Positions 1 to 11,535 of a stretch of DNA of 64,000 nt are shown in pieces. The notes beneath the pieces are model-generated. The model had not been told where the DNA came from. It searched no databases and saw only the letters and a list, made by a program, of their open reading frames with translations. Within the stretch, counting starts at the first letter, position 1. Each line of letters starts with the position of its first letter. Source of the DNA: Podarcis filfolensis (Eukaryota); the NCBI GenBank assembly GCA_964270895.1, contig OZ185440.1; one strand, 5' to 3'. Both the position numbers and the translations under genes were made by a program.

Positions 1-66
1 TGATTCCAGAGGGTTGGGCTAGATGACCCACGGGGTCCCTTCCAGTTCTACAGTTCTATGATTCTA
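1..66 (+). mobile_element. CR1-type 3' tail (CR1 LINE or CR1-tailed SINE end)
   Basis: gggttgggctagatgaccc...cccttccagttcta followed by ttctatgattcta, the CR1 (ATTCTRTG)n-like terminus; cut by the window edge. Confidence 0.75.
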
Positions 67-1432
67 CCTAAAGAGAAACCGGTACAAGCCAAAATCTGGT
101 GTACTTTCTGGCATATTTTGTAATGTTAAGAGAATGATGAGAAATGTGTAATTTTATTTCCCCCCAGTAAGGGCATGCTGAGATCTCTTAGCTTAAGTGA
201 CGACAATCCACTGGGTAAATTATTCAAAACCATGAGGTCTGACATACAGTTTCTAACTGGAGCCTTGTAATAAAAACAGCCAACAGTGGTTAATGTCTTA
301 TTGTCTTTTTTGTGTGTGTCTTGAGCTTTCTGGTTTCTCCCCGGGGCAGGTAGATATTTGCAATGTCGTTGGAATCATGCAAAATATCTACTGACTAATT
401 GAGAAAGCAGACATCTTCCAGAACGACGCTGTTGCCGACAACATCCTCTTTAAATCTTATAAAGCAGTGTATTTGTGCAAAGAGGTGCGCTGCATTGTGT
501 TGTGGAAGAAATCCTCTGACGTGGCATTTTCTCGCAGAAACTATGAAGAATGGTTTTGGAAATGTAATTGTCTAGTGGATTATTTTTCCCCTCTTAGAAA
601 GAATTGGTTTTCCAGATGAGAAAACGGGTTAAGGAATTGAATGTGACACATAAGGTATAGGTGACAACGTGCAGAAATGACAGGAGGTAGTTTGCAAATC
701 ATCCACAGGAGTTCTGCCAAATCTCTTGAACGTTTTGCCTCTGTCAGCATAGCCAAATATTAAATCGTAGCTGTTTAAAAGAAGCATGGTTTATATTAAT
801 ACCTACATTTCTTTCTCTCTGCCACCCTTTCCCTCACCCCCCAACTTGCTGCCCACGTGTCATTGGGTTGGGGGCGGCCTCACGAAATTAGGCCAAAAAG
901 CATAGGCTGCTCACCTCTGTTTTATAATACAGACAGAGTCAGGTCACGTGTTAACGCTGGCCATAGAGATGCCAATGAAAAGTAGCTTCATGAGCAGAAG
1001 ATGGTGGCCATCATGAGGAAAGAACACATAATTGGTTATGGACCCGTGGGAAAACTGCCACATGGCACCTCTCTGTCTAAAGCAACTCGCATTTCAGCTC
1101 TGTTTTTCCAGTGCAGGGTCAAGAAAACTGCCATGTTACTTGCCCTTGCCTAAAAGATGGCATGTTAGAGGGCTTGATAAACGAATACAGCGGTTTCCAG
1201 ATGGTGAATCATTTCCAGAAACTAGGGCGGGTTCAGAGGAACATGGCCTTGCTTGATATTAGGGAATATAGCACTGTGAAAGAGTCAGGAACATTTTCTC
1301 AGATCTGCCCATGACAGGAGTAGGGACAAAAAGGTGAACAAAGTCAAATTATCACATCAGATTTTACTTTCTTAAAAAAAAAAAGTGTGTGCCTAGAGAA
1401 ATACTCATTCTACAGAGAAAGTAAAGTGTTGG

Positions 1433-2095
1433 TGTGATGGTTTGGAACACCGGGGAGCAAAGCAGTACTGTCCTCAACCCCTGGCAGCAAAAAAGTTGTC
1501 TTAGTCTAAGTCCGGGGGCCAAGTCACACAAGCAAAGTCCAGGAAACAACAGTCCAGGGTCAGGATACAGTCAGGATACAGACCAGAGTCAAACCCAAAG
1601 CACAGTCCCGTAAAGGTCCAGGAGCATCCAAGCCAAGGTGCACCAACATGGGCAGTTGAGCAGAACGAGCACCTTATTTCTGCTTCCCCTTTGTACTTTG
1701 CATGCTGACTGCAGCATCTGGGCTTGACGAGGCAGGTGATCCTCACCTGTGCTGAGCCTACTCCAGCTGAAGAATCAAACACTTCCTCCCAGAGCTAGCG
1801 AGCCCCACCTGGCCTGAGCTGGGGGCCCTTGCCTGCCTCAGCCTCCTAGAGCACCACTCCTGTTGCTCCCTAGGCCTCAGAGCCCACTGTGTTTGTGGAG
1901 ACAAGGCCTCCTCTCTGGCTCTGGTGATGGTTCCTGCTGCCGTGCTTCATGTGCGCTGACCTCCACCCCCTTGCCATCCTCTGTCAGCTTGTGAGTACTT
2001 CTCCATCCCCAGCTTGCTCCAGTGTGTCCCAGTCCTGGCTATGCCCCTCGCTGGGATCCTCTTCCTCCTCCCTGTCATCCTGCCAGTTTGTGACA
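1433..2095 (-). mobile_element. LTR-like remnant (probable solo LTR)
   Basis: TG...CA ends (tgtga...tgaca); the minus strand is G/A-rich and starts tgtcac, like the LTRs at 43446 and 46798; no TSD found. Confidence 0.5.
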
Positions 2096-2894
2096 GGTCT
2101 TGAAAATAACTAGCGGAATTGAGGCAACAGTAGAAGGGAGATTGACCAGTATTGCAAATCAAAAGCGGGGTCCTGTTGTCAGCAACTAATGGCTGTGATG
2201 GTGAAGGAAGCATACAAATACGATGTTCCATTTTTATGCATATTTCCAATTTTCTCTTCTCAGTAAGTGTTGCATTCTCCCCAACCCCACCTTTGGATGT
2301 GTGATGTACTTTTATGAATGACCTTTTCCTAAGGTTTATAACTGTAGCGGGGAGAGGAGGCAATTGTTTTCATGATGCCTGCTCACCTTTTAGGCCTGGC
2401 CAGTTGCAGGATAATGAAACAAATCAACCCTTGAGGTGGTAGAACAGACTGTTATCGTTTCAAAATGCAGATGCGATTGCACATTTTTGAATGTTTCCCT
2501 TTGTGAAAACTCATTGTAATCAGAACGAACTTGGCTAGAAACTCCCTGATGATATTCATTATTGTTACTTTTAACTTTCTGGGTGGGTTTTTTTCTGAGG
2601 CGCCTCCTACCTACAGCTGTTCCTCTGACTCATTTTGCTGCCTCTACTATTGTAGAACTCTGCATTTCTAACTAGTCACTATTTTTCTGCAAGGCAAGGG
2701 GGTCAATACGATTAGCAGTGACTCTGCCCTGCCTTTCCCTTCCTCTCCTCAGTCATACATATACACACTAACCAAACCTGGAAGCAGCATGGATATTGAA
2801 ACTTGGGCTACGTACAAACGTTTTGTTCCAGAATCAAGGGACACTAGAACACTTGTTTTTAATGCATAGTTTATACACAGGCTATAGGGACGCG

Positions 2895-3725
2895 AATTAA
2901 GATCGCCGGAATTAAGATTGCCAGAAGAAGTATCAACAACCTCAGATATGCAGATGACACAACCTTGATGGCAGAAAGTGAGGAGGAATTAAAGAACCTT
3001 TTAATGAGGGTGAAAGAGGAGAGCGCAAAATATGGTCTGAAGCTCAACATCAAAAACCCCGAAGATTATGGCCACTGGGCCCATCACCTCCTGGCAAATA
3101 GAAGGGGAAGAAATGGAGGCAGTGAGAGATTTTACTTTCTTGGGCTCCATGATCACTGCAGATGGTGACAGCAGTCACGAAATTAAAAGAAGCCTGCTCC
3201 TTGGGAGAAAGGCGATGACAAACCTAGACAGCATCTTAAAAAGCAGAGACATCACCTTGCCAACAAAGGTCCGTATAGTTAAAGCCATGGTTTTCCCAGT
3301 AGTGATGTATGGAAGTGAGAGCTGGACCATAAAGAAGGCTGATCGCTGAAGAATTGATGCTTTTGAATTATGATGCTGGAGGAGACTCTTGAGAGTCCCA
3401 TGGACTGCAAGAAGATCAAACACATCCATTCTTAAGGAAATTAGCCCTGAACGCTCACTGGAAGGACAGATCGTGAAGCTGAGGCTCCAGTACTTTGGCC
3501 ACCTCATGAGAAGAGAAGACTCCCTGGAAAAGACCCTGATGTTGGGAAAGATTGAGGGCACAAGGAGAAGGGGACTACGGAGGATGAGATGGTTGGACAG
3601 TGTTCTCGAGCCTACAAACATGAGTCTGACCAAACTGCGGGAGGCAGTGGAGGACCGGAGGGCCTGGCGTGCTCTGGTCCATGGAGTCACGAAGAGTCGG
3701 ACATGACTAAACGACTAAACAACAA
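2895..3725 (+). mobile_element. Bov-B (RTE) LINE, 5'-truncated, decayed ORF2 3' part
   Basis: Translates to NNLRYADDTTLMAESEEELKNLLMRVKEES and TLPTKVRIVKAMVFPVVMYGSESWTIKKAD; frameshift near 3057, stop at 3347; ends gactaaacgactaaacaacaa. Confidence 0.95.
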
Positions 3726-3726
3726 A

Positions 3727-4091
3727 TAAGGACGTGGGTGGCACTGTGGGTTAAACCACAGAGCTTAGGATTTGTCAATCAGAAGGTCGGTGGTTTGAAT
3801 CCCCGTGATGGGGTGAGCTCCTGTTGCTCGGTCCCTGCTCCTGCCAACCTAGCAGTTCGAAAGCACATCAAAGTGCAAGTAGATAAATAGGTACCACTCT
3901 GGCGGGAAGGTAAACTGCGTTTCCATGCGCTGCTCTGGTTCTCCAGAAGCAGCTTGGTCATGCTGGCCACATGACCCAGAAGCTGTCTGTGGACAAACGC
4001 CGGCTCCCTCGGCCAATAAAGCGAGATGAGCGCCGCAACCCCAGAGTCGGTTACGACTGGACCTAATGGTCAGGGGTCTCTTTAGCTTACC
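3727..4091 (+). mobile_element. Sauria SINE (Squam1); its first ~10 nt lie at 2885-2894
   Basis: tRNA-like head ggacgtgggtggcactgtgg...ggtttgaatccc, body and tttagcttacc tail; 13-bp TSD tatacacaggcta at 2872-2884 and 4092-4104. Confidence 0.93.
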
Positions 4092-5944
4092 TATACACAG
4101 GCTAGAACTGTTGACTATTTTTTTTTTGCCCCTGTAAAATGCTTATTGAGAAATGGCTCCATTCTAAAATAAATAAATTAATAAAAGCTCCTTGAAGATG
4201 GAGCCTGCCTTACACTGCAGTGTGTCTATTTGAAAACAGATGTAGGCAGGTCTGGCAATGGAACAGATGTATCCATACCTTCCCAATGGTGTTGTGGGTG
4301 GAAATATACCAAGATCACTATCTCCACTTCCTTCATTCACCTGAGGCATGTACAGAGAGGAAAAGTGATAACCTAACTAAGAGGGAGTTCAAATACATTT
4401 CAAGTAACTGCACCCGTGCTTGTGTTAAGCAGGATCTAGAATCAATCTATATTAATATCTGCATGCTGAGGATGAGTGTCAATGATTCCAAACTGAGAAA
4501 AATCTACATTTTTTTTTGCTACAAAGATGTTAGTCCTTGGACTTTGTTATCAAGGACACAGCTGTGGTTTATGAAACTAGCCTGTTTTCACTAACCATAG
4601 TTGTGCAATACCGTAAGTTTCCCTTGTTTTCCATCAGTGGCCTTTGCAACTTTCTAAAAAATTAAAGATAAATTCCAGAGATACAAGCTCGCATAGTTAC
4701 AATCCACGCTATTTTTCTAGAAAAAAAGAGGTGCCCAAGCTCACCATGAACTTCTCCCTTGTTCTCTTAGAATGGCAATGGCGCCCACCTGAGAGGTGCT
4801 CTGGCTGATAAAAAGCCCTAGTTACAATAAACCATAGTTTAGGGTTCAGAAGGTACATCAAACTGTGGTTGAGCAAAACAGAAGTGGAAGCTTCCAATCT
4901 CCTTGTATCTGCACTGGGAGGGGGCAGGGAGTGTGTGAGCCTGTGGCTCGCTATGCATCATCCTTGTAACGATAATGAAAAAGGAAGATAAAAATCATGT
5001 TTCTGTATGATGTGTGAACACAGCCAATTTAGATGATAGACAATCATTCTGTCACTGCAGCATTCCTCAGTGGGGTTTTTAAACGATCTATTTGGTACCG
5101 TTACACTGCTAGCTCAAGCTTATTTTCCGACTTTCGACAAGCAGTGCCAATTTATTACTTGTCAAGAAAAATATTGGCATTTGTCCTGTTGGTAAGATGT
5201 TATTCCTGCTTGAATTGGCACTTCACAACTTAAAAAGTTTGACTGACGTGTCTTTGTTTTATGGGGGACAGAAGTAATGCCAGAACCAAGGAGTCTAAAA
5301 TCCATGGGTAGTGCAAATGCCAAAGAGGATGAGCCGTTCAAGTATCGTTTGTGCCTTTGGAAAACGTTCCCCAAGGTCTCCAAAACAGCTTCAAGCCCAC
5401 TTTAGAACACACACACACTAGGCTCACTTTTGTGCTGATCCTTTGCAGAGAGGTGGAATTTCACTGCAGGCAAAAAGCAAGGGTTCCCACGATAAAGAGG
5501 AAGGGGAACAGCTACATTTCTCATTCATGGCAAACTAAAGTGCCCGGAACAACTAGATTTGTAAGAGATCGCTTATTGCTGCAATCAGGGGAAGAAGAAT
5601 TGGGCTGGGTGCCTTTTGTGGCTGGCACATTGACCAGTTACTGTCTTTTACAATCAGCTTTGCTTTGTGAAGCTGTTTAGAAATGTTTTTTATTCACAGC
5701 AATTGTGTCGGTTTATATCATGCCCTTTCCCACACCACACCATAGTTACCTATACTCCCTAGTTATTAATCTGGACGTTCTGCCTCCTGCATGGGCCCAG
5801 GACAGTGTTAGATCCGTGCAAAGCTCCCGAAATGTTTTTTGGGTGTTCTCTCTAGCTGGTTGGATAGAATTGGTTTTGCTGTGGTACCAGGGCCTTGTTG
5901 CCGCCGCCTGCTTGGTATATCTGTTTATGGAACTAAGCATGCTG

Positions 5945-6260
5945 TTTCATTTATTAATTACATATATTTATTACTCGCCCTTCACTAAAAGGTCCCAGGG
6001 TGGATTAAAAAACGGGAAAAACAATATCGTATTTCATAATAATGGAAAAACAATTTAAATCACTGAAACCATAGACAGTATAAAATTACAAAACAGAAGG
6101 ATAAATCATCATTCAGCGTTCCCAAAAGCTTGAGTAAAAAAAGTACGGCTTTACGTGCCATCTAAATATATACAGAGTTGGTGCCAGACACTATGTCCCT
6201 ATGCAGAAGACCTTAATGTGGCAACGGTACATGCTATTGAGCAATACCATCTACAGCCAA
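5945..6260 (-). mobile_element. L2/CR1-like LINE 3' end, decayed
   Basis: tttattaattacatatatttattactcgccc tail followed by degenerate L2-type 3' sequence. Confidence 0.5.
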
Positions 6261-6441
6261 GGCCCTCTAAAGAAATTTGTGACACTTACAATGCCTGATG
6301 TGTAGCATATTGTGTATTTGTGCTGCCCAACTGGTTTTATCTCCCTCCCCCATGGGCATGTTCTTGTGCTATTGGCTTTGTTATTCCATTTTAATATTGT
6401 GTGATACCCTTTTTTATTTCTTGCCCAGAGAAAATACATTA

Positions 6442-6683
6442 CAGTGGTACCTCAGGTTACATACGCTTCAGGTTACATACGCTTCAGGTTACAGACTCCG
6501 CTAACCCAGAAATAGTGCTTCAGGTTAAGAACTTTGCTTCAGGATGAGAACAGAAATCGTGCTCCGGCGGTGTGGCGGCAGCAGCAGGCCCCATTAGCTA
6601 AAGTGGTGCTTCAGGTTAAGAACAGTTTCAGGCTAAGTACGGACCTCCGGAATGAATTAAGTTCTTAACCTGAGGTACCACTG
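6442..6683. mobile_element. Tc1/mariner-type MITE, 242 bp
   Basis: TIR cagtggtacctcaggtta / taacctgaggtaccactg, TA TSD on both sides, internal ttcaggtta repeats. Confidence 0.93.
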
Positions 6684-6779
6684 TATTGAAATACTGCTCC
6701 TCAATGAGTCCAAACTTAGATTCACAAAATGTTTAGGGGTATGCGTACCTCTGCGTATCCCCAGAAAAAAAAGCACTGG
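6684..6779. mobile_element. Partial copy of the 145-bp cagtgc-TIR MITE
   Basis: Matches the right part of 41935-42079 (ccaaacttagattcacaaaatgttt...gaaaaaaaagcactgg). Confidence 0.75.
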
Positions 6780-7596
6780 ACTTTGATAGTATATTGCAGT
6801 GGTCTGAATGCCCATTATGATTTGAGATTCTTAGTCTAAGATGCTCTTTTAAAAGAATTGAAAGGATTGAAGAGGGAAGATTGGAGAAGGGTGTTTTAGG
6901 TTGGAAAAGAAGCTGACAGAGGGTAGGGGGAAGGAGTAAAAAACAGTTCTTTGAAGAGAGGATGAAAGCTAACCACCAGTTATTCACTAAGAAATAAACA
7001 ACTTGGAAGGCTTGGGTAAACCTGACCAGATAATCTTCAAGGCCTGGTCAACTGACTCCCTGAAGGCATTCCAAGCTATATAGATAAGAGAGAGTAAACA
7101 CCGTCCCATAAGTTTGAAATTGCTTCTCAACTAAGAAGACCATTTTTGGAGTGAAATCAGTGTGTATCTTAAAATGAATGCCTCTAGGTTTGTGGTCATT
7201 TTGCCCCCAAAATGTTTTATTTTATCTGATGGGCTGGAATTTCTTCTTACACTGAGCTGTACACCTCCTCCCCCATTTACCAGTCCAGCAATATCAGAAA
7301 TCTGAGGTCATATAAGAGTCTTTATAATGGCTGCTACTCACAATTGGCAATATTGGCATGGAAAGAAACTAACCTCTTAATATATGGTGTGGGACTTTTG
7401 ACATATAGGAGAAGTGTGGAATGGGGAAGTGGTTGTAGTGGCTTCCATACCTCTGAGGTAACGTTGGAAAGAGATCTGAATATAATTTCATTTTCTTCTT
7501 GGCAAGCAAACATTAGAACACCCTCCCTGTGGTAAACTGGGGCATAAGATGATAACTATAATATATTAAAGGAGCAACCAGTGGGATGTTCAGGAA

Positions 7597-8317
7597 GGGT
7601 TTGTATCTCTGGTGGGGGACATGTCATGCTCCTTCTGGGGTAGTTTGTCCACCTTTGGTCCCCATGCTGTACTCAGCTCTTACCTGTGGTTCCTAGAAGC
7701 TGTCAGCATGTGACAGCGGCCGCACCCCAGTAACAGCTTCCATTGGGCGGCCAAACCTGGTGAGGGTAGCTTTCCAACCCTCTGTGAGTTAGGGACTTCC
7801 CCTGAAAGCAAGGAGTGGCACCTGTGGATTGAGTGGACGAGACCAAAAGTGGGTCCAACGGTCAAGAAGGCAGTTTCTGCATGTGCTGTAGAGGGAATGA
7901 GGAACAGGTGGGGGTCACCAACCTGGGAAGGTAGCCCATCTTGGAGAAGGGCAACTCTGATCCTGAGCTTCTGGATGCCTTGTGGGATATCTTTGGGAGA
8001 AGAAAAGGCTAGGGAGTAAACCCTACACAAATCCAGAATGGAGTTCTTAAGATGCTTGGATGGCGCCTTGTATGCCTCCTTCTTGCAACTCCAGCAGCCA
8101 AGCTGGTGCCAAATGTATTGCTCTGCTTTCCTTTGGACCACAACAGCAGGGCCAAGAGGAGTGAGGTCTCTTTGTCTGGGCAGCCCAGGACCTCCATACA
8201 CACTGGCCAGGCTTGTGCCCTGTGGAAGTCACTTCGGTGCTGGTAACGCAGCAGTTTGACTTCACCCCCGGAGGTGCACTCCATTGTCTCTCAAAGATAG
8301 ATGCCTACAACAACAAC
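7597..8317 (+). mobile_element. ~720-bp non-autonomous retroelement with RTE-like 5'-UTR motif and (CAA)n tail
   Basis: Homologous to 28510-29003 (5' part) and 25524-25772 (3' part, inverted); contains gggaaggtagcccatcttggagaagggcaactctgat; ends acaacaacaac; no RT-like ORF. Confidence 0.7.
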
Positions 8318-9584
8318 CCACATGGATTCTAAATAGGACACCATTGGCCTGGCTAGCTGGAGCTGATGGGAGTTGAGAGTCCAACAACAACTGAATGGTG
8401 CCATGCTGGCCACCCCTGGTATTCTCTGCAAGAAATAACCTATTGCATAGTCTGGATTTGAGCATACAGTTGATAGCAATTTGTTTTTTAATTCCCTTGG
8501 GCATCCCTTCTGGTGTTGGAATACGAATATTCAGAATGCGCTTGAAATGTCAGCCTCCTATGTAATTAACACAGTTCTGACAGGCTCTTGCATATGATAG
8601 ATTGAAAGAGAGGGCTTATTTCAATTATTCAATTACACACAAAGTAGTGAAATACAGTTACAGGAAGGAAATCTGCCCCCACTCCCCAAGCAGCCTTATG
8701 TTATACAAACCCTTGCCATTGCTCTTGGTGGCGAAAACGTTTGCCTTCCAATTAAACATTCAGACAGATGTGATATATTTCATAGTAATGCTCATCTTCT
8801 CATAAGGCCCTGAAACAGCATTATGGGGACAGTTCTGAATGCTATTATAAAGCCAATATAATTGGATGGGTTTCTGAATGCGTTGGCTACAATGGGGTCT
8901 GTTTCAAAAGGCCACTTGCTTATTTTTCATTTTGCAGTCTGCATAATGTCAACACCCGGAAGAATTAATTTAAGCCAAAGATTGTGTTGTGCTATCAGCA
9001 TTTCTGTTATTTAAGAGTTAAGAGCTTTAATTTGGCACATGCCAAGTATCAGCTGGAAATACGTTTATATCCTATCATGCAATTGCATAGTGAATAAGCC
9101 ATCCAAAAACACAACTTAATTGTAGATTTAAGGTCGGCTTGCTTTGCCCATGGTCTAAAGCCTGAGTCACGCAGACAATTATAAAGTCACTGGTGTCTCT
9201 TGGTTACCACCAAGGTTAGAATCAGGAAGCTTCAGTTCTGTGTGCAGCTGCCCAATGGGGTGAGCCATCAACCATTCCCAATGGGATAACTCCCTGACAC
9301 TGAAGTATCCCTAATTTTTGACATTATTTTTTTTAGGGAAAAAACCTTGTCTTATACATGGGAAAATATGGTAATTCCCATTAGGCTTTAGGCTAGAACT
9401 GAATATTATGGCAAATTAGCTTAGTGTTTCCTTTCATTCTGTAAAGTTTAGGATATTCACCACTAGCTTCCCACCTTCACTTCACTTCTTTGATGACTGA
9501 GTAGGGTTGCCATATTTCAAAGACTGAGCAACTGAAGTTTTGGAGCTATTTTAAGGGAAATTGGCAAAAATGACACTGCCAACA

Positions 9585-9698
9585 TGGGTTGCCATACATC
9601 CAGATTTTCCCAGATGTTCCAGCGATTTCTGCCTGGACGCTGTTTCCGGCACCCGATTGCTGGCTATGTCTGGGAAATTCCGGACGTATGGCACCCCT
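9585..9698. mobile_element. hAT-like MITE
   Basis: Imperfect TIR gggttgccatacatcc / ggacgtatggcaccc; TSD not resolved. Confidence 0.65.
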
Positions 9699-10656
9699 GT
9701 GTGTGAGGTGTTAGGGGGAAAGTGTAGTGTGATGGCATCATATAATATGGTGAGTATGCTTAGAAATTGTCAGGGAGATGGGAGATTAGATATGAAACTG
9801 TTATTGGTGGCAGCCAAAATATCTCCTGCCAGCATGAGATGTACCAGGCCCAAACTACTGGAGAACAGGATCGGTTCTAACAGGAGACAAAGTGAGGCAG
9901 CAATCTCAGGTGACAGTTGCTGGCTGCAGAGAGCAATGGTGAGGTGTTGGTAGCACAGAGCTGCATGTGTCTGGCAGCCTCTCTTGCACCCCCTAAGCTA
10001 GTATTCTCCCCTCATGCATGACAGCGGATGGTGTCTTGACACCAGTGCAGAAGCTGCCGGTCAGGTGGGCATCTGTACATGGAAGGGAGGGTGCCATATT
10101 GTCCTTTGCCTCTGTCTGGAAAATATATTGGACCACTCCTCCTGGAGAAAAGCAAGAATTAGCTTGTTGTCTGAGAACATTGCCTAAGAATTGTTGAGTC
10201 TTCTTGATTTGGCTGCTTTTAGTTTGCGATAAAGGCCTTCGCTGCACCAGGCATCCATCTGCTGTGTTTCTGTTTATTTATTTTTTTTAACTCAAAAGAG
10301 CCATGGTATCGCTTTGGAACACATCAGGGTTTGTTTTCTGTGTGCATGCTTGTTTTCACTCACCACAGAGTTAACCAGAAACTCTGACAACCCAAGTTTG
10401 GCACTGGGTTGAACATTGATATGGCATTCCTCTCTCGGGACATCACTCTGGAAGTTAGCATGAGGCAGCTGAAGCCAAGCAGATCCACTTCCAAATCCAC
10501 CTGGAAGCAGTGCTTTGTTACAGATGTCACTCTGGGAAGACGGACCAGAGACAAATGTTTCTCTTCCTGTCAAGATGTAGTCTGGGCTGCTGTTTGCAGA
10601 GATTTGTTGGGAAGGAAGAGGGATGGTCTAGAAAACCTACGCAGCTGACTTAACTG

Positions 10657-10786
10657 CTGTGATGGTGAACTTGTGGCCGTCTACATGTTGTTGGGCTCCA
10701 GTTTCCATCAACCCCTAGCACTATGGCCAATAGTCAGGGAGCTGAATTCCAGCAACATCTGGAAGGCTGAAGATCCCCCACTCCTG
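10657..10786. mobile_element. Decayed hAT-like foldback MITE
   Basis: atgttgttgggctccagtttccatc...gaattccagcaacatctgg internal inverted arms, the same architecture as 55481-55609. Confidence 0.5.
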
Positions 10787-11036
10787 AATTGCTGCCACTG
10801 AGATTATTCTGAGGGGGAAAGTGGCCTCTCCCCCCCCTTAATTGAATCGTGGTGTGATTCACTACACAGTAGAATCATACCCTTTGTTCCATCCAAGACT
10901 ATCTTTCAGTGGTACACAACCATTGCAAGAAACATAATTTAGCTTGCTTGTGCAATGCATGCTAAGGTCAGGAAATAAGTTTGGGCTTTTAAGACAAAGG
11001 AACACAGAAAATTGCCTTACGCAGAGACCACACTCA

Positions 11037-11535
11037 CACCATACATTTAAAGCATTGTGATACCACTTTAAACAGGCATGGCTCCCCCCCAAAGAATTCT
11101 GGGAGCTGTAGTTTGTTAAGGGTTCTGAGAGTTGTTAGGAGCCCCCCCCCATTTCTTTCACAGAGCTACTATTTTCAGAGTACCCTGTGAAGAAATGTTG
11201 ACTATTAAACCACTGTGAGAATTGTAGCTCCAGGAAGGAAATAGGCGTCTCCACCCTGATGTTAGGAAAGATGGAGGGCACAAGGAGAAGGGGACGACAG
11301 AGGACGAGATGGTTGGACAGTGTTCTCGAAGCTACCAGCATGAGTTTGACGGAACTGTGGGAGGCAGTGGAAGACAGGGGTGCCTGGCGTGCTCTGGTCC
11401 ATGGGGTCATGAAGAGTCGGACACAACTAAACGACTAAACAACAACAACAAAACAACTCTCAGCACCCTTAACTATACAACCTGTAGTTATTAGGGGGAA
11501 GCCATAGATGGTGTAAAATTATTTAAAATTATGGT
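11037..11535. mobile_element. Palindromic MITE interrupted by a Bov-B 3' end
   Basis: Inverted arms (aagggttctgagagttgtt / aacaactctcagcaccctt; catggctccccc / gggggaagccat) on either side of the Bov-B insert. Confidence 0.7.
11253..11450 (+). mobile_element. Bov-B 3' terminal fragment
   Basis: Near-identical to 3534-3725; (CAA)n tail. Confidence 0.92.

Noticed and set aside
3175-3690. Minus-strand ORFs beginning MTPWTRARQA (also at 11135, 15376 and 18751)
   Set aside because: Antisense translations of Bov-B 3' ends
6442-6683. Regularly spaced ttcaggtta repeats resembling a CRISPR-like array
   Set aside because: These are subterminal repeats inside a TIR/TA-bounded MITE in a eukaryotic genome, with no constant-length unique spacers
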